DNA of 64,000 nucleotides, from NCBI GenBank assembly GCA_964016885.1, contig OZ024764.1, forward strand, positions 27,342,001 to 27,406,000, read 5' to 3'. Made by a program: the position numbers and the translations under genes. Of the stretch, positions 1 to 12,270 are shown in pieces; within the stretch, counting starts at the first letter, position 1, and every line of letters starts with the position of its first letter. This DNA is from Eledone cirrhosa (taxonomy: Eukaryota). The notes beneath the pieces are model-generated. The model worked only from the letters and a program-made list of their open reading frames with translations. It was not told the DNA's origin and did not search any database.

Positions 1-3000
1 TTTCATCTCGCGCTCTCTCTCTCTCGTTTCATCTTGCGCTCTCTCTCTCTCGTTTCATCTCGTTCTCTCTCTCGTTTCATCTCTGTCTTCCTCTCTCTCG
101 TTCCATCTCTCTCTTCCTCTCTCTCGTTCCATCTCTCTCTTCCTCTCTCTCGTTTCATCTCTATCTCCCTTCTTTCATCTGTCTCGCTCTCTGTCGTTTC
201 ATCTCGCGCTCTCTCTCTCTCGTTTCATGTCGCGCTCTCTCTCTCTCGTTTCATCTCGCTCTCTCTCTCTCGTTTCATCTCTGTCTTCCTCTCTCTCGTG
301 CCATCTCTCTCTTCCTCTCTCTCTTCCTCTCTCTCGTTTCATCTCTATCTCCCTTGTTTCATCTCTCTCTCGCTCTCTCGTTTCATCTCTCTCTCCCTCT
401 CGTTTCATCTCGCTCTCTCTCTCCTGTTTCATCTCGCTCTCTCTCTCTCGTTTCATCTCTGTCTTCCTCTCTCTCGTTCCATCTCTGTCTTCCTCTCTCT
501 CGTTCCATCTCTCGCTTCCTCTCTCTCGTTTCATCTCGCTCTCCCTCGTTTCATCTCTCTCTCGCTCTCTCGTTTCATCTCTCTCTCCCTCTCATTTCAT
601 CTCGCTCTCTCTCTCCTGTTTCATCTGGCTCTCTCTCTCTCCTGTTTCATCTCGCTCTCTACTCTCGTTTCCTCTCTCTCTCTCGTTTCATCTCTCTCTC
701 CCTCCCGTTTCATCTCGCTCTCTCTCTCTCATTTCATCTCGCTCTCTCTCTCTCGTTTCATCTCGCTCTCCCTCTCTCGTTTCATCCCGCTCTCACTCTC
801 TCATTTCTTCTCGCTCTCTCTCTCTTGTTTCAACACTCTAATCCCTCACTTGTTTACTATCTCTCAGAATTATTAGCCACAGGGGCAGAGATGACCATAA
901 CATTACATGTCAGAATTATTAGCCACAAGGGCAGAGATGTCCATAACATTACATGACAGAATTATTAGCCACAGGGGCAGAGATGACCATAACATTACAT
1001 GACAATTATTAGCCACAGGGGCAGATATGTCAATAACATTACATGACAGAGTTTCATCTCGCGCTCTCTCTCTCTCGTTTCATCTCGCTCTCTCTCTCTC
1101 GTTTCATCTCTGTCTTCCTCTCTCTCGTTCCATCTCTCTCTTCCTCTCTCTCGTTCCATCTCTCTCATCCTCTCTCTCGTTTCATCTCTATCTCCCTCCT
1201 TTCATCTGTCTCTCTCTCTGTCGTTTCATCTCGCGCTCTCTCTCTCTCGTTTCATCTCGCGCTCTCTCTGTCTCGTCTCATCTCGCTCTCTCTCTCTCTC
1301 GTTTCATCTCTGTCTTCCTCTCTCTCGTTCCATCTCTCTCTTCCTCTCTCTCGTTCCATCTCTCTCTTCCTCTCTCTCGTTTCATCTCTATCTCCCTCGT
1401 TTCATCTCTCTCTCGCTCTCTCGTTTCATCTCTCTCTCCCGCTCGTTTCTTTTCGCTCTCGCTCTCCTGTTTCATCTCGCTCTCTACTCTCGTTTCCTCT
1501 CTCTCATTTCCTCTCTCTCTCGTTTCCTCTCTGTCTCGTTTCATCTCGCTCTCTCTCTTTCTCGTTTGATCTCGCTCTCACTCTCTCGTTTCATCTCGCT
1601 TCTCTCACTCTCTTTTTTCATCTCGCTCTCTCTCTCTCTTCCTCTCTCTCTCTTGTTTCAACACTCTAATCCCTCACTTGTTTTATCTCTCTCTAATCCC
1701 TCACTTGGTTCATCTCTCTCAGAATTATTAGCCACAGGGGCAGAGATGTCCATAACATTACATGTCAGAATTATTAGCCACAGGGCAGAGATGTCCATAA
1801 CATTACATGTCAGAATTATTAGCCACTGGGGCAGAGATGTCCATAACATTACATGTCAGAATTATTAGCCACAGGGGTAGAGATGTCCATAACATTACAT
1901 GTCAGAATTATTAGCCACAGGGGCAGAGATGTCCATAACATTACATGACAGAATTATTAGCCACAGGGGCAGTGATGTCCATAACATTACATGACAATTA
2001 TTAGCCCCAAGGGCAGATATGTCCATAACATTACATGACAGAGTTCCATCTCGCGCTCTCTCTCTTCCTCTCTCTCGTTTCATCTCGCTCTCTCTCTCGT
2101 TTCATCTCGCTCTCTCGTTTCATCTCGCTCTCTCGTTTCATCTCGCTCTCTCTCGTTTCATCTCTGTCTTCCTCTCTCTCGTTCCATCTCTCTCTTCCTC
2201 TCTCTCGTTCCATCTCTCTCTTCCTTTCTCTCGTTTCATTTCTATCTCCCTCCTTTCATCTGTCTCTCTCTCTGTCGTTTCATCTCGCGCTCTCTCTCTC
2301 TCGATTCATCTCGCGCTCTCTCTCTCTCGTTTCATCTCGCTCTCTCTCTCTCTCGTTTCATCTCTGTCTTCCTCTCTCGCGTTCCATCTCTCTCTTCCTC
2401 CCTCTCTTCCTCTCTCTCGTTTCATCTCTATCTCCCTCGTTTCATGTCTCTCTCCCTCTCGTTTCATCTCGCTCTCTCTCTCCTGTTTCATCTCGCTCTC
2501 TACTCTCGTTTCCTCTCTCTCGTTTCCTCTCTGTCTCGTTCCATCCCGCTCTCTCTCTCTCTCATTACATCTCGCTCTCTCTGTCTCGTTTCATCTCGCT
2601 CTCTCTCTCTCTCGTTTCATCTCGCTCTCACTCTCTCGTTTCATCTCGCGTTTCATCTCACTCTCCCTGTCTCATTTCACCTCGCTCTCTCTCTCTCTTC
2701 CTCTCTCTCTCTTGTTTCAACACTCTAATCCCTCACTTGTTTTATCTCTCTCTAATCCCTCACTTGTTTCATCTCTCTCAGAATTATTAGCCACAGGGGC
2801 AGAGATGTCCATAACATTACATGTCAGAATTATTAGCCACAGGGCAGAGATGTCCATAACATTACATGTCAGAGTTATTAGCCACAGGGGCAGAGATGTC
2901 CATAACATTACATGTCAGAATTATTAGCCACGGGGGCGGAGACGTCCATAACATTACATGACAGAATTATTAGCCACAGGGGCAGAGTTGACCATAACAT

Positions 3001-6000
3001 TACATGACAATTATTAGCCACAGGGGCAGATATATCAATAACATTACATGATAGAGTTTCATCTCGCGCTCTCTCTCTCTCGTTTCATCTTGCTCTCTCT
3101 CTCTCTCGTTTCATCTGTGTCTTCCTCTCTCTCGTTCCATCTCTCTCTTCCTCTCTCTCGTTCCATCTCTCTCATCCTCTCTCTCGTTTCATCTCTATCT
3201 CCCTCCTTTCATCTGTCTCTCTCTGTCGTTTCATCTCGTGCTCTCTCTCTCTCGTTTCATCTCGCGCTCTCTCTGTCTCGTTTCATCTCGCTCTCTCTCT
3301 CTCTCGTTTCATCTCTGTCTTCCTCTCTCACGTTCCATCTCTCTCTTCCTCTCTCTCGTTCAATCTCTCTCTTCCTCTCTCTCGTTTCATCTCTATCTCC
3401 CACGTTTCATCTCTCTCTCGCTCTCTCGTTTCATCTCTCTCTCCCTCTCGTTTCATCTCGCTCTCTACTCTCGTTTCCTCTCTCTCGTTTCCTCTCTGTC
3501 TCGTTCCATCCCGCTCTCTCTCTCTCTCACATTACATCTCGCTCTCTCTGTCTCGTTTCATCTCGCTCTCTCTCTCTCTCGTTTCATCTCGCTCTCACTC
3601 TCTCGTTTCATCTCGCTTCTCTCACTATTGCGTTTCATCTCGCTCTCCCTGTCTCATTTCATCTCGCTCTCTCTCTCTCTCTTCCTCTCTCTCTCTTGTT
3701 TCAACACTCTAATCCCTCACTTGTTTTATCTCTCTCTAATCCCTCCCTTGTTTCATCTCTCTCAGAATTATTAGCCACTGGGGCAGAGATGTCCATAACA
3801 TTACATGTCAGAGTTATTAGCCACAGGGGCAGAGATGTCCATAACATTACATGACAGAGTTTCATCTCGCGCTCTCTCTCTCTCGTTTCATCTCGCGCTC
3901 TCTCTCTTCCTCTCTCTCGTTTCATCTCGCTCTCTCTCTCGTTTCACCTCTGTCTTTCATCTCTCTCTTCCTCTCTCTCGTTCCATCTCTCTCTTCCTCT
4001 CTCTCGTTTCATCTCTATCTCCCTCCTTTCATCTGTCTCTCTCTCTGTCGTTTCATCTCGCGCTCTCTCTCTCTCGTTTCATCTCGCGCTCTCTCTCTCT
4101 CGTTTCATCTCGCTCTCTCTCTCTCTCGTTACATCTCTGTCTTCCTCTCTCTCGTTCCATCTCTCTCTTCCTCTCTCTCTTCCTCTCTCTCGTTTCATCT
4201 CTATCTCCCTCGTTTCATCTCTCTCTCCCTCTCGTTTCATCTCGCTCTCTCTCTCCTGTTTCATCTCGCTCTCTACTCTCGTTTCCTCTCTCTCGTTTCC
4301 TCTCTGTCTCGTTCCATCCCGCTCTCTCTCTCGCTCATTACATCTCGCTCTCTCTGTCTCGTTTCATCTCGCTCTCTCTCTCTCTCGTTTCATCTCGCTC
4401 TCACTCTCTCGTTTCATCTCGCGTTTCATCTCACTCTCCCTGTCTCATTTCATCTCGCTCTCTCTCTCTCTTCCTCTCTCTCTCTTGTTTCAACACTCTA
4501 ATCCCTCACTTGTTTTATCTCTCTCTAATCCCTCACTTGTTTCATCTCTCTCAGAATTATTAGCCACAGGGGCAGAGATGTCCATAACATTACATGTCAG
4601 AATTATTAGCCACAGGGCAGAGATGTCCATAACATTACATGTCAGAATTATTAGCCACAGGGGCAGAGATGTCCATAACATTACATGTCAGAATTATTAG
4701 CCACAGGGGCGGAGACGTCCATAACATTACATGACAGAATTATTAGCCACAGGGGCAGAGATGACCATAACATTACATGACAATTATTAGCCACAGGGGC
4801 AGATATATCAATAACATTACATGATAGAGTTTCATCTCGCGCTCTCTCTCTCTCGTTTCATCTTGCGCTCTCTCTCTCTCGTTTCATCTTGCTCTCTCTC
4901 TCTCTCGTTTCATCTCTGTATTCCTCTCTCTCGTTCCATCTCTCTATTCCTCTCTCTCGTTCCATCTCTCTCATCCTCTCTCTCGTTTTATCTGTATCTC
5001 CCTCCTTCAATCTGTCTCTCTCTCTGTCGTTTCATCTCGTGCTCTCTCTGTCTCGTTTCATCTCGCGCTCTCTCTGTCTCGTTTCATCTCGCTCTCTCTC
5101 TCTCTCTCGTTTCATCTCTGTCTTCCTCTCTCTCGTTCCATCTCTCTTCCTCTTTCTCGTTCCATCTCTCTCTTCCTCTCTCTCGTTTCATCTCTATCTC
5201 CCTCGTTTCATCTCTCTCTCGCTCTCTCGTTTCATCTCTCTCTCCCTCTCGTTTCATCTCGCTCTCTACTCTCGTTTCCTCTCTCTCGTTTCCTCTCTGT
5301 CTCGTTCCATCCCGCTCTCTCTCTCTCTCATTACATCTCGCTCTCTCTGTCTCGTTTCATCTCGCTCTCTCTCGCTCTCTCTCTCTCTTCCTCTCTCTTG
5401 TTTCAACACCCTAATCCCTCACTTGTTTTATCTCTCTCTAATCCCTCACTTGTTTCATCTCTCTCAGAATTATTAGCCACAGGGGCAGAGATGTCCATAA
5501 CATTACATGTCAGAGTTATTAGCCACAGGGGCAGAGATGTCCATAACGTTACATGACAATTATTAGCCCCAAGGGCAGATATGTCCATAACATTACATGA
5601 CAGAGTTTCATCTCGCGCTCTCTCTCTTCCTCTCTCTCGTTTCATCTCGCTCTCTCTCTCTCTCGTTTCACCTCTGTCTTCCATCTCTCTCTTCCTCTCT
5701 CTCGTTCCATCTCACTCTTCCTCTCTCTCATTTCATCTCTCTCTCTCGTTTCATCTCTATCTCTCTCTCTCGTTTCATCTGTCTCTCTCTCTGTCGTTTC
5801 ATCTCCCTCTATCTCTCTCTCCCTCTCGTTTCATCTCGCTCTCTCTCTCCTGTTTCATCTCGCTCTCTCTCTCTCCTGTTTCATCTCGCTCTCTACTCTC
5901 GTTTCCTCTCTCTCTCCCTCCTGTTTCATCTCGCTCTCTCTCTCTCGTTTCATCTCGCTCTCACTCTCTCGTTTCATCTCGCTCTCTCTCTGTCTCGTTT

Positions 6001-9000
6001 CATCTCGCTCTCTCTCTCTCATTTCATCTCGCTCTCTCTCTCTCATTTCATCTCGCTCTCTCTCTCTCGTTTCATCTCGCTCTCACTCTCTCGTTTCATC
6101 TCGCTCTCACTCTCTCGTTTCATCTCGCTCTCCCTGTCTCGTTTCATCTCGCTCACACTCTCTCATTTCATCTCGCTCTCTCTCTCTTCTTTCAACACTC
6201 TAATCCCTCACTTGTTTCATCTCTCTCAGAATTATTAGCCACAGGGGCAGAGATGACCATAACATTACATGTCAGAATTATTAGCCACAGGGGCAGAGAT
6301 GTCCATAACATTACATGTCAGAATCATTAGCCACAGGGGCAGAGATGTCCATAACATTACATGACAGAATTATTAGCCACAGGGGCAGAGATGACCATAA
6401 CATTACATGACAATTATTAGCCACAGGGGCAGATATGTCAATAACATTACATGACAGAGTTTCATCTCGCGCTCTCTCTCTCTCTCGTTTCATCTTGCGC
6501 TCTCTCTCTCTCATTTCCTCTCGCTCTCTCTCTCTCTCGTTTCATCTCTGTCTTCCTCTCTCTCGTTCCATCTCTCTCTTCCTCTCTCTCGTTCCATCTC
6601 TCTCTTCCTCTCTCTCGTTTCATCTGTCTCTCTCTCTGTCGTTTCATCTCGCGCTCTCTCTCTCTCGTTTCATCTCGCGCTCTCTCTCTCTCATTTCATC
6701 TCGCTCTCTCTCTCTCTCGTTTCATCTCTGTCTTCCTCTCTCTCTTCCTCTCTCTCGTTCCATCTCTCTCTTCCTCTCTCTCGTTTCATCTCTATCTCCC
6801 TCGTTTCATCTCTCTCTCGCTCTCTCGTTTCATCTCTCTCTCCCTCTCGTCTCATCTCGCTCTCTCTCTTCTGTTTCATCTCGCTCTCTACTCTCGTCTC
6901 CTCTCTGTCGTTTCCTCTCTGTCTCGTTTCATCTCGCTCTCCCTGTCTCATTTCATCTCGCTCTCTCTCTCTCTCTTCCTCTCTGTCTCTTGTTTCAACA
7001 CTCTAATCCCTCACTTGTTTTATCTCTCTCTAATCCCTCACTTGTTTCATCTCTCTCAGAATTATTAGCCACAGGGGCAGAGATGTCCATAACATTACAT
7101 GTCAGAGTTATTAGCCACAGGGGCAGAGATGTCCATAACGTTACATGACAATTATTAGCCCCAAGGGCAGATATGTCCATAACATTACATGACAGAGTTT
7201 CATCTCGCGCTCTCTCTCTCTCGTTTCATCTCGCGCTCTCTCTCTTCCTCTCTCTCGTTTCATCTCGCTCTCTCTCTCTCTCGTTTCACCTCTGTCTTCC
7301 ATCTCTCTCTTCCTCTCTCTCGTTCCATCTCACTCTTCCTCTCTCTCATTTCATCTCTCTCTCTGGTTTCATCTCTATCTCTCTCTCTCGTTTCATCTGT
7401 CTCTCTCTCTGTCGTTTCATCTCCCTCTATCTCTCTCTCCCTCTCGTTTCATCTCGCTCTCTCTCTCCTGTTTCATCTCGCTCTCTCTGTCTCCTGTTTC
7501 ATCTCGCTCTCTACTCTCGTTTCCTCTCTCTCTCCCTCCTGTTTCATCTCGCTCTCTCTCTCTCGTTTCATCTCGCTCTCACTCTCTCGTTTCATCTCGC
7601 TCTCTCTCTGTCTCGTTTCATCTCGCTCTCTCTCTCTCATTTCATCTCGCTCTCTCTCTCTCATTTCATCTCGCTCTCTGTCTCTCGTTTCATCTCGCTC
7701 TCACTCTCTCGTTTCATCTCGCTCTCACTCTCTCGTTTCATCTCGCTCTCCCTGTCTCGTTTCATCTCGCTCTCTCTCTCTTCTTTCAACACTCTAATCC
7801 CTCACTTGTTTCATCTCTCTCAGAATTATTAGCCACAGGGGCAGAGATGACCATAACATTACATGTCAGAATTATTAGCCACAGGGGCAGAGATGTCCAT
7901 AACATTACATGTCAGAATCATTAGCCACAGGGGCAGAGATGTCCATAACATTACATGACAGAATTATTAGCCACAGGGGCAGAGATGACCATAACATTAC
8001 ATGACAATTATTAGCCACAGGGGCAGATATGTCAATAACATTACATGACAGAGTTTCATCTCGCGCTCTCTCTCTCTCTCGTTTCATCTTGCGCTCTCTC
8101 TCTCTCGTTTCCTCTCGCTCTCTCTCTCTCTCGTTTCATCTCTGTCTTCCTCTCTCTCGTTCCATCTCTCTCTTCCTCTCTCTCGTTCCATCTCTCTCTT
8201 CCTCTCTCTCGTTTCATCTGTCTCTCTCTCTGTCGTTTCATCTCGCGCTCTCTCTCTCTCGTTTCATCTCGCGCTCTCTCTCTCTCATTTCATCTCGCTC
8301 TCTCTCTCTCTCGTTTCATCTCTGTCTTCCTCTCTCTCTTCCTCTCTCTCGTTCCATCTCTCTCTTCCTCTCTCTCGTTTCATCTCTATCTCCCTCGTTT
8401 CATCTCTCTCTCGCTCTCTCGTTTCATCTCTCTCTCCCTCTCGTTTCATCTCGCTCTCTCTCTTCTGTTTCATCTCGCTCTCTACTCTCGTCTCCTCTCT
8501 GTCGTTTCCTCTCTGTCTCGTTTCATCTCGCTCTCCCTGTCTCATTTCATCTCGCTCTCTCTCTCTCTCTTCCTCTCTGTCTCTTGTTTCAACACTCTAA
8601 TCCCTCACTTGTTTTATCTCTCTCTAATCCCTCACTTGTTTCATCTCTCTTAGAATTATTAGCCACAGGGGCAGAGATGTCCATAACATTACATGTCAGA
8701 ATTATTAGCCACAGGGCAGAGATGTCCATAACATTACATGTAAGAATTATTAGCCACAGGGGCAGAGATGTCCATAACATTACATGACAGAGTTTCATCT
8801 CGCTCTCTCTCTCTCTCGTTTCATCAGTGTCTTCCTCTCTCTCATTCCATCTCTCTCTTGCTCTCTCTCGTTCCATCTCTATCTTCATCTCTCTCGTTTC
8901 ATCTCTATCTCCCTCCTTTCATCTGTCTCTCTCTCTGTCGTTTCATCTCGCGCTCTCTCTCTCTCGTTTCATCTCGCGCTCTCTCTCTCTTTCTCTCTCT

Positions 9001-10723
9001 CGTTTCATCTCTATCTCCCTCGTTTCATCTGTCTCTCGCTCTCTCGTTTCATCTCTCTCTCCCTCTCGTTTCATCTCGCTCTCTACTCTCGTTTCCTCTC
9101 TCTCGCGTTCCATCCCGCTATCTCTCTCTCTCATTACATCTCGCTCTCTCTGTCTCGTTTCATCTCGCTCTCTCTCTCTCTCGTTTCATCTCGCTCTCAC
9201 TCTCTCGTTTCATCTCGCTTCTCTCACTCTCGTGTTTCATCTCGCTCTCCCTGTCTCATTTCATCTCGCTCTCTCTCTCTCTTCCTCTCTCTCTCTTGTT
9301 TCAACACTCTAATCCCTCACTTGTTTTATCTCTCTCTAATCCCTCACTTGTTTCATCTCTCTCAGAATTATTAGCCACAGGGGCAGAGATGTCCATAACA
9401 TTACATGTCAGAATTATTAGCCACAGGGCAGAGATGTCCATAACATTACATGTCAGAATTATTAGCCACAGGGGCAGAGATGTCCATAACATTACATGAC
9501 AGAATTATTAGCCACAGGGGCAGAGATGTCCATAACATTACATGTCAGAATTATTAGACACAGGGCAGAGATGTCCATAACATTACATGTCAGAATTATT
9601 AGCCACAGGGGCAGAGATGTCCATAACATTACATGTCAGAATTATTAGCCACAGGGGCCGAGATGTCCATAACATTACATGAAAGAATTATTAGCCACAG
9701 GGGCAGAGATGTCCATAACATTACATGACAGAATTATTAGCCACAGGGGCAGAGATGTCCATAACATTACATGACAATTATTAGCCCCAAGGGCAGATAT
9801 GTCCATAACATTACATGACAGAGTTTCATCTGGCGCTCTCTCTCTTCCTCTCTCTCGTTTCATCTCTGTCTTCCTCTCTCTCGTTCCATCTCTCTCTTCC
9901 TCTCGCTCGTTCCATCTCTCTCTTCCTCTCTCTCGTTTCATCTCTATCTCCCTCCTTTCATCTGTCTCTCTCTCTGTCGTTTCATCTCGCGCTCTCTCTC
10001 TCTCGTTTCATCTCGCGCTCTCTCTCTCTCGTTTCATCTCTCTCTCTCTCTCGTTTCATCTTTGTCTTCCTCTCTCTCTTCCTCTCTCTCGTTTCATCTC
10101 TATCTCCCTCGTTTCATCTCTCTCTCCCTCTCGTTTCATCTCGCTCTCTCTCTCCTGTTTCATCTCGCTCTCTACTCTCGTTTCCTCACTCTCGTTTCCT
10201 CTCTCTCTCGTTTCCTCTCTGTCTCGTTCCATCCCGCTCTCTCTCTCTCTCATTACATCTCGCTCTCTCTGTCTCGTTTCATCTCGCTCTCTCTCTCTCT
10301 CGTTTCATCTCGCTCTCACTCTCTCGTTTCATCTCGCTTCTCTCACTCTCGCGTTTCATCTCGCTCTCCCTGTCTCATTTCATCTCGCTCTCTCTCTCTC
10401 TTCCTCTCTCTCTCTTGTTTCAACACTCTAATCCCTCACTTGTTTTATCTCTCTCTAATCCCCCACGTGTTTCATCTCTCTCAGAATTATTAGCCACAGG
10501 GGCAGAGATGTCCATAACATTACATGTCAGAATTATTAGCCACAGGGCAGAGATGTCCATAACATTACATGTCAGAATTATTAACCACAGGGGCAGAGAT
10601 GTCCATAACATAACATGACAGAATTATTAGCCACAGGGGCAGAGATGTCCATAACATTACATGACAGAATTATTAGCCACAGGGGCAGATATGTCCATAA
10701 CATTACATGACAGAGTTTCATCT
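1..10723 (+). repeat. Composite satellite domain D1 (CT-rich strand on top): 12 higher-order units of CT block + boundary motif + 46-bp minisatellite cluster
   Basis: 46-bp period measured directly (CAGAATT at 865, 911, 957). Clusters start near 865, 1720, 2779, 3763, 4552, 5465, 6227, 7057, 7821, 8651, 9363 and 10482. Each is preceded by TTCAACACTCTAATCCCTCACTTG (ACACCCTAAT variant at ~5403) and exits via GACAGAGTTTCATCT or a close variant. Confidence 0.97.
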
Positions 10724-10776
10724 GGTTGGTCTTGTTTATGTATATAAACAAGACCAACCAGATGAAACTCTGTCAT
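10707..10776. repeat. Perfect 33-bp inverted repeat (hairpin, 4-nt loop) at the satellite/Helitron junction
   Basis: ATGACAGAGTTTCATCTGGTTGGTCTTGTTTAT (10707-10739), loop GTAT, then ATAAACAAGACCAACCAGATGAAACTCTGTCAT (10744-10776). Confidence 0.95.
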
Positions 10777-10805
10777 ATAACAGTCTTGTTTATGTATATA
10801 CACAC

Positions 10806-10838
<33 letters not shown>

Positions 10839-11703
10839 TGTTTGTTCTTGTATTTCTATAGAAAAGGTAAAGAAAAGAAGAATGCTCTATGTATTGTACA
10901 GAGCTATTTAATTACATAATAAACAACAGAATATAATTATTCCATGCAAATAGACTTAGAATGGAAAACATTCAGACAGAGAAGAATGGATAATGAGCGT
11001 CGTAAGAGAAATTGGCCAACAATTAATATTAATGGAAATCTAGAAGAATTTCATATTAGTGATATGAATGTTTCGTGTGATCACTGTGAAGCTTTGAAAT
11101 TTAGAAATAAAAATTGTAACTGTTGTAATAAAGGAAAGGTTGTGTTGCCTCCATTGCAAATATACCCCGAGAGACTGAGAAATCTCTTTGAAAGAGGCCA
11201 GGAAGCAGTTGATTTCACAGAAACGTCTGCAATTAAAACTACATTTATTTCACTTCATTTGGTGTTACCACCCGGCAGAGGCCCGTATAGCTTTCATATT
11301 CAGGGTCAAACATATCACTACACCCCCATCTCTGTAACCTGCAGAAAATACACCACAATATGGCCAGTTATATATTATTGATGGGAACGAAGGTGTGTAG
11401 CACAGATTGGAAGTACGACCAAATAATTGTTTCTGGCACAAGGCCAGCAATTACTGGTACTTTATTCTATCGACCTCATAAGGATGAAAACAAAGTCAAC
11501 CTTGGAGGGATTTGAACCCAGAACGTAAAGGGCCATAACCCTATGCTGCAAAGCATGGTGTCTGACGCTCTACCGATACTGCCAATCCACCGCCCTAGTA
11601 CCAACAAATAATGACTGCTCACCATAAAAAATGGCTATGATAAGAGAAGTGTTGCATGAACGTAATTCATATGTCGAAGTGTACAATACAATGCATGGCA
11701 TCA
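10722..11703 (+). mobile_element. Helitron remnant copy 1 (N-terminal Rep-helicase fragment, frameshifted, SINE-interrupted, 3'-truncated)
   Basis: The translation has CDHCEALKF...CCNKGKVVLPPL (Helitron N-terminal Cys motif), PPGRGPYSFHIQGQTYH, and in a shifted frame PQYGQLYIID...IREVLHERNSYVEVYNTM. It is near-identical to the 5' part of the longer copy at 58648-61182, which carries unambiguous Rep and Pif1 motifs. Confidence 0.88.
11428..11596 (-). mobile_element. tRNA-derived SINE inserted in Helitron copy 1
   Basis: The minus strand reads GGCGGTGGATTGGCAGTATCGG (A-box-like)...GGTTCAAATCC (B-box)...TTTTCATCCTTATGAGGTCGATAGAATAAAGTACCAG. Flanked by a diverged 16-bp TSD, AGTACGACCAAATAAT (11412-11427) and AGTACCAACAAATAAT (11597-11612). 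Removing the SINE plus one TSD restores the Helitron frame. Confidence 0.88.
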
Positions 11704-12270
11704 CAAATGAATATATATATATATATATATATATACTACTAAAGTGTATGTAAAATTTTAAAATAAATACTTAAATTCAATTTGTATAATTACACATACA
11801 ATATGTTTTGTTGTAAAACCCTAAATAATGATTTAAGAAATGATGTCAATCTCTTTGTACAGAGAAAAACAATTTATATATATACATTGTGTGCGCGTGT
11901 ATACTCCATTTAAGACATTGAAAAACCTAGTACCTCCTTCAAAGAATGCCAAATAGTTTATGCCTAAGGTGTAACACTAATTAAGTTACCGGTGTAGATA
12001 TTTCAGTTGAACCCTGCTTCAAACATGCATATTATTATTATATATTTTCAAACACACTTACATACATTATATTTATACACATAGAAATAATAAGTTAAAA
12101 CTAAAGTATAATGATATAACAACAGTATATAATAGTTTTCTTCACTTTATTGAAATGCAATCGTTTTAAAGAAAAAACATGACAGTATAAGAAATATTTA
12201 ATATGATAACATAATATTTCAGGTAGGATGGTGGTTTCTCTATGATGGTGATTTCTCTTTGAACTAATAA
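11704..12270. repeat. AT-rich spacer duplicated at ~36204-36964; starts with an (AT)n tract; origin not identified
   Basis: Collinear, near-identical sequence follows Helitron copies 1 and 2 (e.g. CTAAGGTGTAACACTAATTAAGTTACCGGTGTAG in both). Confidence 0.85.

Noticed and set aside
835-860. CTAATCCC / GGGATTAG resembling a telomeric repeat
   Set aside because: Only one or two copies per unit and not (TTAGGG)n; it is part of the boundary motif.
865-10712. CRISPR-like look (conserved repeats separated by variable sequence)
   Set aside because: The 46-mers are contiguous with no unique spacers, the intervening blocks are themselves repeats, there are no cas genes, and the context is eukaryotic.
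10944-11381. 145-aa ORF (also 35487-35882 and 58827-59264) as a functional small gene
   Set aside because: It is a frameshifted Helitron fragment; homology leaves the frame and resumes in another, with a stop codon and a SINE insertion downstream.
11428-11596. Possible tRNA gene (A-box/B-box)
   Set aside because: No cloverleaf is evident; it continues into a SINE body, has TSDs and occurs in six copies.
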